Shown here: piece by piece, positions 55,422-64,000 of the stretch
Numbering within the stretch: the first letter of the stretch is position 1
Layout: each line of letters begins with the position of its first letter
NCBI GenBank assembly: GCA_900617105.1
Contig: UYFQ01000260.1
Location: 124,001-188,000, forward strand
Length of the DNA: 64,000 bases
Origin: Hydrurus foetidus
Lineage: Eukaryota
Direction: 5' to 3'
The notes under the pieces: generated by a model
Told to the model about the DNA's origin: nothing
What the model saw: only the letters and a program-made list of their open reading frames with translations
Databases searched by the model: none
Translations under genes and position numbers: made by a program

Positions 55422-57322
55422 ATGCACGCCTTGTCGCCGAAAACCGACATACCCACCGCTTCTGCTCGTCTTCCTTTCGCGGTGGACGGCTTTGACCGTC
55501 TGCGGCAGCCGGTCTGGGTGTTTGATGACGCGCGCAAGCGCAAGGTCTACGCCAATCGGGCGGCGCTCGAGCTATGGGGGGCGGCCTCTCGAAGACCTTC
55601 AGGCCCGCGATTTCGCGGACCAGTCTCCGGCTGTGCGCATCCGGATGGACGCCATCAGTGAACGCATCGCCCGAGGCGAGACCGTTCATGACCTCTGGAC
55701 CTTCTATCCCCATGGCGTGCCGGTCACAGTGCGAACAGCCATATCGCTCATCCCACTGCTGGATGGCGGATCTGGCATGTTGTTCGAGGCGGCCGAGGTC
55801 GAGGCGCAAGAGCATCGGGCCATAGAGGCCTTGCGGCACACCACGGTGCTTGTCGCTTTATACAATACCGAGGGCGCGCGGCTGTTTGCCAACCCGGCGG
55901 CGATGGCCGCCTATCCGGCTGATAATGCCTCCTTCGTCGATTCCTTCGTGGATCGCGAGGCTGGCGAGCAGGTCTGGCGCACAGCCCTGTCTGGACGACC
56001 GGGCTTTGGGTCTTTCCTGCTGGCCACGTCCGCGGGCGCTCGCTGGCATAGCGTCGACGCCCGCTGGGCCCGTGACCCCGTCAGCGGCGACTGCTGCGTG
56101 CTGGTCAACGAGACCGACATCACCGCCGAGATCGAGGCCCGTTCGGCCTTGGGTGAGGCCCGCGAGCGCGCCGAAAGCGCCGTGCGGGCGCGTCAGGAGT
56201 TCCTGGCCAATATGAGCCACGAGCTTCGCACGCCCCTGACCAGCGTCATCGGCTTTGCCGACCTGCTGGCTGACAGCGCTCTGGACGACGTGCAGCGCAG
56301 CCAACTGGGTCGAATCCAGGATGCAGGTTCGGCCCTGATGGCGACGCTGAATGATGTGCTGGACCTGTCCAAACTTGAGGCCGGCGGCGTCGAACTGCAG
56401 CCCCGTCCGTTCGCGCTGCGGCCCATGCTTTCCCAGGCTGTCGGCATTGTGGAGGCTCAGGCCCTGGCCAAGCGCCTGGCTTTGAACATGACGGTCGACG
56501 AGACCTGTCCGGCCTGGATCGAAGGCGATCCGGAACGTCTGCGACAGGTGCTGGTCAATCTGCTGGGCAACGCCGTCAAGTTTACCGACGAGGGCGCGTA
56601 GGCTTGACGATCACCCGCCGGCCCCACCCGGACGCCACCATGGCCCGCCTGGAATTCGCCGTCAGCGACACCGGTGTCGGGTGCCCGAGGCTATGTTGGG
56701 CATGGTCTTCGACCGTTTCGCCCAGGCCGGACCGGAGGTTACCCGCCGCTTTGGCGGCACCGGGCTGGGGCTGACCATTACCCGGCAGCTGGTTGAAATG
56801 ATGGGCGGCCAGATCGGCGTCGACAGTACGGCTGGTCAGGGCTCGCGCTTCTGGTGCGTCGTCGACCTGCCCGTCGCCGGCAGGATCGAGGCGTCCGCGC
56901 CGGCTGTCACGCCGCGCATGGCGGGAGGCCTGCGGCTGCTCGTGGCGGACGACAACGAGGCCAATCGCGAACTGATCGGCGCTATCCTTCGGTCGGCGGG
57001 CCATGACGTCCAGGTCGTCCGCGACGGCGCCGAGGCGTTGGCGGCGGTTCGGTCGGGCGACTACGACCTTGTCCTGATGGACGTGCGGATGCCGGTGATG
57101 GACGGCTTGACCGCCACCCGCAGCATTCGGGCCCTGGACGGCGATGTCGCCGGGATCCCGATCATTGCTTTGACCGCCAATGTCCTGGCCGATCAGGTGG
57201 CCTTCTATCGCGAGCAGGGCATGGACGACCATGTCGGCAAGCCGATCAATCCGCGCGACCTGCTGATCAAGATCGCCCAGTGGAGCGCAGCAAGGGTCCA
57301 GCGAGACCCCGCAACCGCCTGA
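55422..57322 (+). CDS. Soluble hybrid histidine kinase with PAS-like input domains (frameshifted)
   Basis: PVWVFD...YAN.AAL.LW; FLANMSHELRTPL; NLLGNAVKFT; GGTGLGL; LMDVRMPVMDG. Confidence 0.88.
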
Positions 57323-57326
57323 CGCC

Positions 57327-58565
57327 TCAGGTGCCGGGCGAGCTCACATAGAAGCTGGCATTGTTGCCGGTGGCGGTGGTCACGCCGCTGACCGACCGCG
57401 CCGAGCCTGCGGTGGTCGTGGTGCGGGCGCCCACCTCGGCGCTGTTGACCTGATTGTTCTTGATCGTCATCTGGCCGTTGCATTGCGAGCAGGCATAGCC
57501 GGTGACGGCATTGCCCATGGCCGTGGACGAGACCACGGCGTCATAGCCGTCATTGCCCTCGAAGCTGGCCACAACCTCGACGCCCCCGCCTGCGTTGGTC
57601 TGGATGTTGTCCAGCACAACCTCGGTTCCATAGTTGCCGACCAGGGCGGAATTGCCGACGCCATGGGCGCCGACCTGGGCGGCGCTGAACTGATAGGAGG
57701 TCGCCTCGGCCTGGGCGCGGACATAGGCGGCGTTGTACTGGCTTGAGGCCACGTCCAGCAGCGGGCCTTCATTGGTCGCCGACAGATTGTTGCCGCTGGC
57801 CGAGGCCGCCGTGCTGGTCAGGTAACTGGAGCCATAGGCCGTGAACTTGCTGGCCTGGGTGATGCCGGCATTGGACTGCTCGCTGATCACCCGGGCCGCC
57901 GACTGCTCGGTTCCCGACAGGGTGATGTTGTTGCCGGTCGCCGTGCCCGCGACGGCGGCGGTGCCGGTGATCGCGCCGGCGATCGCGCCGCCATCGGCCA
58001 GGACATTGGCCGTATTGCCCTGGCTGACCCGCACGCCCATGGCCCCGTTGATCAGGGTCAGGCCCTGGCTGTTGCCCTGGGCCAGGGTGCTCATCGACAT
58101 GTCGTGCAGTTCGGCCTCGTGAGCCTCAAGCTGGCTGCGCGCTGTCACCGGTCCGGTATTCAGCTGGGTGGCGCGGCCCGTCAGCGTACCGTTGTCTGCC
58201 GCCGCCGTACCCGCATTGCCGACCGCCGTGGTCGTGAAGTTGCTGTTGGCGCCGCCATTGATCCCGACATTGACCACACCGTGCGCGAGGACCGCGCCGG
58301 CGTTTTCCTGGTTCGAGGTCATCGCGGCGTCGGTGTTCTGCACCGAAATCAGGGCGCTGTTGGCCGGCGCAATGGTGCTGGCGCTGAAGCCGTCGGTGAC
58401 GGTCTCGACGTTCAGGGTCTGCTCGGCGAACACGTCGCCCAGATTGATCTGGTTGTTCAGAACCGTGCTGGGCGCGGTCTGGCTAGTAGCGACCCCGCTT
58501 AGCATCGCGCATATCGGGATCGCTGCGAGCGTTCCAGCGAGACGGGTCTTCGCGGGTCTGCGCAT
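57327..58565 (-). CDS. hfaD: Holdfast anchor protein HfaD
   Basis: Signal peptide; Ala/Gly/Asn/Thr-rich repeats (TAVGN, ATGNN); YACSQC; directly downstream of hfaB. Confidence 0.88.
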   Translation of the reverse strand: MRRPAKTRLAGTLAAIPICAMLSGVATSQTAPSTVLNNQINLGDVFAEQTLNVETVTDGFSASTIAPANSALISVQNTDAAMTSNQENAGAVLAHGVVNVGINGGANSNFTTTAVGNAGTAAADNGTLTGRATQLNTGPVTARSQLEAHEAELHDMSMSTLAQGNSQGLTLINGAMGVRVSQGNTANVLADGGAIAGAITGTAAVAGTATGNNITLSGTEQSAARVISEQSNAGITQASKFTAYGSSYLTSTAASASGNNLSATNEGPLLDVASSQYNAAYVRAQAEATSYQFSAAQVGAHGVGNSALVGNYGTEVVLDNIQTNAGGGVEVVASFEGNDGYDAVVSSTAMGNAVTGYACSQCNGQMTIKNNQVNSAEVGARTTTTAGSARSVSGVTTATGNNASFYVSSPGT

Positions 58566-59497
58566 TGTTGGTTCCCAGATTGTTGTAGGCGGGCACGAAG
58601 GCGCCCGTCTGTCCGACGGTGGAATCGCCCATCGGGTCGTAGCGCATGCAGCCCTGCGGGCCCGGCATGCCGTAGAGATTGGCGCTGAACTCGACGACCG
58701 AGCGCTCGATCAGCGCCCGCACGGCCAGCTGGATCGGCTCCAGCGCGCCCCTGCCGCCCGAGATGTCGAACAGGTTGCCATTGAGGAAATCGAAGACCCC
58801 CAGGCTGATTTCGCGACCCACGACCTGCTTCTGGTAGGCGACCACGTCGACCACCTCCAGCGTGCGGGTGTTAACCAGCCGCAGGTCCAGCGCGATGTTC
58901 ATCACGAACTCGACGCTTGAAATTGCCCTTCAGGCCGTCTGTGTCCTTGTCGCCGGCATAGGCGTCGATGCCGGCCGAGCGGATGTTGTAGTTCAGCTCA
59001 GTGATGCCGCCGACCACATAGAAGTCGGAACCCGGAACCTGGCCAGCCAGGATGCGTCGATAGTCGACGGGCACGTCGGCGCCCGGATTGGGGCGGTCGC
59101 TGATCAGCTTGTTGTTGGCGTATTTCAGCTCGAACTCCGACACTGAAGTGTCGAAGCGCTCGACCATCGGCATGCCGGCCTTGGCGAAGGCGGTCATGGC
59201 CAGCAGGGAGGCGCCCTGGGTGACCTTGCGGCCCGAGCCGTCGGACTCTTCCTTGCCGGTATAGTCGGCGATGCGGCCGATCGCGACGCGCGGCGCGGCG
59301 ATGCGGTTCTGCTTGGCGTACTGGTTGAGGCAGACCAGAGCCGCCGAATAGTCGGTCGGGTTGGCGGTAACGGGCGCCTTGCCGATCGGCTTGGCGTAGT
59401 TCCCCTCCATCGACACCTTGGGCATGCCTGTTCCGCACGCCGTCAGGGCGGTGCAGGCCAGGACCGCCCCGATGAACGCGAGACGCTTACTTCCCAT
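58483..59497 (-). CDS. hfaB: Holdfast anchor lipoprotein HfaB (CsgG-like; frameshift near 58910)
   Basis: Lipobox LTAC; IADYTGK, VERFD, GGITELNYNI and IALDLRLVNTRT motifs. Confidence 0.92.
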
Positions 59498-59932
59498 CGG
59501 ATCCGCCCTTGACCGACGATCCCGCCGAGATGTTGCCGGTATTGGTCTGGGTCGAATTGACGATCACCGTATTGTTGTTGCCCTGGGTGATGACCGTCAG
59601 ATTGTTGCCGATCGCCGTCGAGCTGCTGTAGCCGCGCCCCCCGACGCCGGAATAGGCGTCCAGCGACCCCGAGGAGTTGCTCGACGAATAAACGCTCTGG
59701 TCGGCGCCGGTCAGCATCACGCCGTCGACCACGACGCGGTTGCCGTTGGCGTCACGGGTCGAATATTCGACCATGCGGCTTTCCTGGCCGGCGATACGGC
59801 CATAGCCGGCGTTGAAGGCGGCGGAGTTGCTGGACATCGTCTGGGCGCCGGCCGCGCCGAGCGCGCCAAGCCCACGACGACGGCGGTGAAGCCCGCGCCA
59901 AAGCCGATGCTGTTCTTGATCTGCCAGGCCAT
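59487..59932 (-). CDS. hfaA: Holdfast anchor protein HfaA (frameshift in the signal peptide)
   Basis: TRDANGNRVVVDG and STAIGNNLTVITQGNNNTVIVNSTQTN motifs. Confidence 0.92.
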
Positions 59933-59965
59933 GAGAGCCTCCGCGACTGCCGACCCGAAGGTGCA

Positions 59966-59981
59966 AGCAACCCTCGTGCCA
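59966..59981 (-). promoter_or_regulatory. Sigma54 promoter of the hfa operon
   Basis: Minus strand TGGCAC-GAGGG-TTGCT, a consensus -24/-12 element 33 nt upstream of the hfaA ATG. Confidence 0.85.
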
Positions 59982-60093
59982 AATTCATACAGTCTCTGGT
60001 CTAGCGCCAAGGTCTCGCAAATTGGTTAAGCGGGAGACGGTGCGACCCTGAATCGCGTGCGCCCCGCGAGTCGACCGCTTAGGCAAGAGTGTG

Positions 60094-60739
60094 ATGACCC
60101 CAGACCGTCCCGACGACCGCCCCGAACCGATCTTCAACGCGCCCTGGCCGGCGGTGCTGGCGGCTGTCAGCATCCTGCTCTCGAACTGGTGCTGGGCGGG
60201 GCCAGCGACGAGACCGTCTATCGCCTGGCCCTGGAGCCGGTGCGGATCTGGCGCGGCGACGTGGCGGGGCTGGTGACGTCGCTCTTTGTGCATGGCGGCT
60301 GGATTCACGCCCTGATGAATGCCGCCTTCGCCCTGGCGTTCGGCGCTCCGGTTGCGCGCCTGCTGGGTCTGGGCGTGAGGGGAGGGAGCGTCTTCGTCGT
60401 CTTCTATATAGTGTGTGGCGTTCTGGCGGGTCTGGGCTATGCGGCGATCCATCCGGGATCGACCAGTCTGGTCGTCGGCGCTTCGGGCGCTGTGGCCGGC
60501 CTGATGGGCGCCGCCGCCAGATTGATGGATCGACCCGGGCGGCTGAGCAGCCCGCTCGCGCCGCGCGCCTTGTCCCTGGCTCTCAGCTGGCTGGTCATCA
60601 ATCTGGTGATGGCGGCGCTCGGGGCTTTCCGGGCCTGACGGGAGCCGTGGCCTGGGAGGCGCATCTGTTCGGCTTCGCGGCCGGGGCGCTGCTCATTTCG
60701 CTGGCCGCGCGCCTGATCCCAAATTCAGAGACCCATTGA
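60094..60739 (+). CDS. Rhomboid intramembrane serine protease (frameshifted)
   Basis: EPIFNAP, FVHGGWIH..MN, VGASG and AWEAHLFG motifs. Confidence 0.9.
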
Positions 60740-60797
60740 TCCCCGAACCGCTTTGCGAGACGCTCGTTATTACAAGAACGAACAAGGGAGATGCGCA

Positions 60798-61229
60798 GTG
60801 CTGGTTTCTCAGATCCTGAAAGACAAGGGCGACCTGGTCTTTACGGCCTCCCCGCAGGAGACGGTGGGGGCGGCCGCAGCCCTGCTTCACACCCGTCGCG
60901 TGGGGGCCATGGTCGTCGTCGACGCCGATGAGGCGATTGTCGGCATTCTGTCGGAACGCGACATCGTGCGTGTGATCGCCAAGGAAGGCGCGGGCGCCCT
61001 GAACAAGCCGATCGCCGCCTGCATGAGCGCCGAGGTGATCTTCGCCCAACCCGAAGAGTCGATCGACATCCTGCTCGAACGCATGACCGACCGCCGCATT
61101 CGCCACCTGCCGGTAGTGCGCGACGGGCGCTTGGTCGGGATCATCTCGATCGGTGACCTGGTGAAGTACAAGATCAATGAGGCCCAGGCGGAGGCCGAAG
61201 GCCTCAAGGCCTATATAGCGGCGGGGTAG
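60798..61229 (+). CDS. CBS-pair domain protein
   Basis: GILSERDIVR, RIRHLPVV and GIISIGDLVK motifs. Confidence 0.92.
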   Translation: MLVSQILKDKGDLVFTASPQETVGAAAALLHTRRVGAMVVVDADEAIVGILSERDIVRVIAKEGAGALNKPIAACMSAEVIFAQPEESIDILLERMTDRRIRHLPVVRDGRLVGIISIGDLVKYKINEAQAEAEGLKAYIAAG

Positions 61230-61296
61230 AGTCTCCGCGTATTGAGAGTGCGGCGGCCGGCTTGGCCTGACCTTTTCCGGTGAGGGAGCCCAGGCC

Positions 61297-62146
61297 ATGG
61301 CTGTCGTCCATCTGAAACGTTGGAACCTGTCGATCGGCGCGGGCCAACCCTTGGTCGTGATCGCCGGACTCAATGTGCTTGAGAACCTTGAGCTCGCGCT
61401 TGAGGTCGGCCGGTCGCTCAAGGCCGTCACGGCTGACCTCGGCCTGCTATTCATTTTCAAGGCCAGTTTCGACAAAGCCAATCGCTCCTCGATCAAGAGC
61501 CATCGCGGCCCGGGGCTTAAGGACGGTCTGGCGATGCTGGCGGAAGTGAAGCGGCGATTGGACGTTCCGATCGCTACCGACCTGCACGAGATCGATCAGG
61601 CTGGGCTGGTGGCCGCCGTTGCCGATCTCGTTCAGATCCCGGCCTTCCTTGTGCGTCAGACCGACTTGATCGTGGCGGCCGCTCGGGCGACCCAGGCCGC
61701 CGGCGGTTGCCTCCATATCAAGAAGGCTCAGTTCCTGGCGCCGTGGGACTGCAAAAACATCATCGAAAAGGCCCGGGAGGCCGCCCCGGGCGTGGACATT
61801 GTCTTGTGCGAGCGAGGGAGCGCGTTCGGCTTCAACAATCTGATCGTCGACATGCTGGGCATTGGCGAGATGCAGAAGCTCGGGGTTCCCGTGACGATTG
61901 ATGCGACCCATTCGGTGCAACTACCGGGCGCCGATCCGCGCACCCTTGGCGCCTCGACGGGCGGCCGGCGCGAGGGAGTGCCGATCATCGCCAAGGCAGC
62001 GGTGGCAGCGGGCGCCGACGGCGTGTTCCTGAGTTTCACCCCGATCCCGAAAGGCGCTGTGCGATGGGCCGAGCTGTCTGCCGCTCGACGCGGCTGCCGG
62101 CCTGTTATCGACCCTCAGGGCGATCCATCGCGCGGTGCGTCTATAG
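61297..62146 (+). CDS. kdsA: 3-deoxy-8-phosphooctulonate (KDO8P) synthase (frameshift near the 3' end)
   Basis: KASFDKANRSS, QIPAFLVRQT, KKAQF, CERG and DATHSVQ.PG motifs. Confidence 0.92.
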
Positions 62147-62162
62147 AAGAGGGGAGGGCGCT

Positions 62163-62593
62163 CTATCCGCCCAGCAGTTCAGCGCCTTCGCCGGCGACGG
62201 CGTCGGCTAGGCTGTAGCCTTCCAGAACCAGGGCCGTGGCGTCGCGCGCCTTGAGCAGCGCTTCGCGCAGGGCGCAGCTGGCCAGGTCGCGGCAGTCCTC
62301 GCAGCGGCGGAAGGCCGTGCGGCTGACGCAGGGGGCCAGGGCCAAGGGGCCGTCAACAAGGCGGATGACCTCGGCGAAGCTGATCGCTGTGGCTGATCGG
62401 CCCAGCATATAACCGCCGAACTTGCCTCTGCGGCTGACCACCAGGCCTCGCGCGCGAGGGCGAGAAGGATAGCCTCCAGAAACTTGCGGGGTGCGTCGGC
62501 GCGGACCGAAAGCTCGCCCGCCGTGACCTGCCCGTCCTCGCGGGCCAGTTCGATCATCGCGCGCAGTGCGTATCGGGCCTTTTGGGACAACAT
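62163..62593 (-). CDS. Rrf2-family transcriptional regulator (frameshift near 62440)
   Basis: MLSQKARYALRA, PRKFLEAIL, SRRGKFGGY, DGPLALAPC and CEDC motifs. Confidence 0.9.
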
Positions 62594-62701
62594 GGACGCT
62601 CGTGCTCCTCTAATCCCGACTTCTGGGGGAGGAGAAGACGAGGCGCAAGCATCCGTGCACAGGTCAATGGTCCGCCTGGGGACATTTCAGGGGTTTAGCG
62701 C

Positions 62702-63197
62702 TTGCGAGTCCGGTGGGGGGTCTCTAGAAGCCGCCCCTCGCCTCGGGGCCAACGCCCGTCGGACGAAATCAAGGCTTTCGGGCCTTGCTTTTCGGAAGAT
62801 GGATCGATAGGTTCCGCAGCTTCAATCGAACCGGTCACGGAAATGACAAGCGCTCCTTACGGCGCGCTTACGGATCCGTTTTTGTCTCTGGATACGGCGC
62901 TTGCCGGGCTGGAAACAAAGTTCAGGACGGTCGGTTGACAGGGAGTTTTGGTTTCGTTAGAAGCCGCCCTCCTTGAGAAATACCAAAGAGGTTCGCAAGA
63001 GCTTCCAAGTATTTCGAAAGTCTAGTTGGTTGTTTTTTCGAAGATTTCTTCAAAATAATAGCTTGACTAGATTGGCCGGCCTCTTTAGAAGCTGCCAACT
63101 CTTCCGGATCTGCCTTCGGGTTGGTCAAGTTGAGAAAGTCAGATGGTTTTGCAAAAAACGATTTGACACGGAATTCGAGGTTGGATAGATAGCCGCC
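62702..63197 (+). promoter_or_regulatory. Tandem rRNA promoters (five units)
   Basis: TTGxxx-N16-NTAG(A/G)(A/T) followed by a GC-rich discriminator, with -35 boxes at 62702, 62785, 62935, 63063 and 63163. Confidence 0.7.
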
Positions 63198-63245
63198 TCC
63201 GCCGACACCGGGCGCTAAACGGTGGTGCTGCTGAGAGGCGGTTCT

Positions 63246-63274
63246 GGGAGCTTCGGCTCTGGGTCTTTGACATT
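63246..63274 (+). promoter_or_regulatory. rrn antitermination boxB/boxA-like element
   Basis: Small hairpin GGGAGC-TTCG-GCTCT followed by GGTCTTTGACATT. Confidence 0.6.
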
Positions 63275-63502
63275 GTTGATTTGGAAAGAGAAACGCAGGC
63301 GGCGGCGCTCTGGCGATAGACTGAAAAGGTCTATCTCGAACGCTGACAAATGCGGTCTCTTGAAGATACCATGAATATCATTGGAGCAAAACTTCGGTTT
63401 TGATCCATCGATGTGAATGGGAACTCGTCAAGATACTATGCAAACCAGAACCAATTCCTCGGTTTTCCCCTTGGAATTGAAGTCTGTGTTAGCGGTCAAC
63501 TC

Positions 63503-64000
63503 AACCTGAGAGTTTGATCCTGGCTCAGAGCGAACGCTGGCGGCAGGCCTAACACATGCAAGTCGAACGGATCCTTCGGGATTAGTGGCGGACGGGTGAG
63601 TAACACGTGGGAACGTGCCTTTTGGTTCGGAACAACTCAGGGAAACTTGAGCTAATACCGGATAAGCCTTTCGAGGGAAAGATTTATCGCCATTAGAGCG
63701 GCCCGCGTAGGATTAGCTAGTTGGTGGGGTAAAGGCCCACCAAGGCTACGATCCTTAGCTGGTCTGAGAGGATGATCAGCCACATTGGGACTGAGACACG
63801 GCCCAAACTCCTACGGGAGGCAGCAGTGGGGAATCTTGCGCAATGGGCGAAAGCCTGACGCAGCCATGCCGCGTGAATGATGAAGGTCTTAGGATTGTAA
63901 AATTCTTTCACCGAGGACGATAATGACGGTACTCGGAGAAGAAGCCCCGGCTAACTTCGTGCCAGCAGCCGCGGTAATACGAAGGGGGCTAGCGTTGCTC
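63503..64000 (+). rRNA. rrs: 16S rRNA, 5' part (runs off the window)
   Basis: AGAGTTTGATCCTGGCTCAG, ACTCCTACGGGAGGCAGCAG and GTGCCAGCAGCCGCGGTAA; short V1 helix GGATCCTTCGGGATT typical of Caulobacter. Confidence 0.99.

Noticed and set aside
2588..62593. Programmed frameshifting or bulk pseudogene calls for split genes
   Set aside because: The breaks lack slippery sites and hit unrelated housekeeping genes; sequencing error is more parsimonious.
63717..63911. ORF antisense to the 16S rRNA
   Set aside because: Well-known spurious ORF within rRNA.
1..64000. CRISPR array, tRNA genes, prophage or integrase
   Set aside because: No regularly spaced direct repeats, cloverleaf sequences or phage/integrase motifs were seen.

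Overview
High-GC alphaproteobacterial chromosome segment, almost certainly a Caulobacter species: it carries the hfaA/hfaB/hfaD holdfast-anchor genes and a Caulobacter-type 16S rRNA 5' end. Many genes, including housekeeping ones, contain 1-nt frameshifts. These are best explained as long-read consensus errors, so split ORFs are merged into single calls with approximate coordinates. Gene order: ccmF-ccmH-degP; a GntR/TonB-dependent receptor (TBDR)/MFS/RutA-like/RutB-like catabolic locus; TorF porin, SDR, queF, nitroreductase, NUDIX, cysE, glutaminyl cyclase, DUF3126 and GNAT; an IS481-family element inserted into a palindromic intergenic repeat; OPT transporter, phoH (with a terminator-bearing leader) and gamma-CA; a mosaic accessory region (LacI/TBDR/halogenase/GH3/GH30, methyltransferase, PAS-MCP/CheW, M61 peptidase, acidic protein plus GIY-YIG-like protein, several gene remnants); GMC-AKR-globin; PAS protein, probable hfaE, M16 peptidase, DUF2336, THI5-type ABC transporter, two hybrid kinases, ABC-F, hfaDBA, rhomboid, CBS, kdsA, Rrf2; and an rRNA operon start with five tandem promoter-like units. 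The best candidates for undescribed biology are the divergent Rut-like TBDR locus with its own operator, the repeat-targeting IS481, the phoH leader/sRNA and the halogenase inside a glucan-utilisation locus. All family assignments are from motif recognition; no database searches were run.
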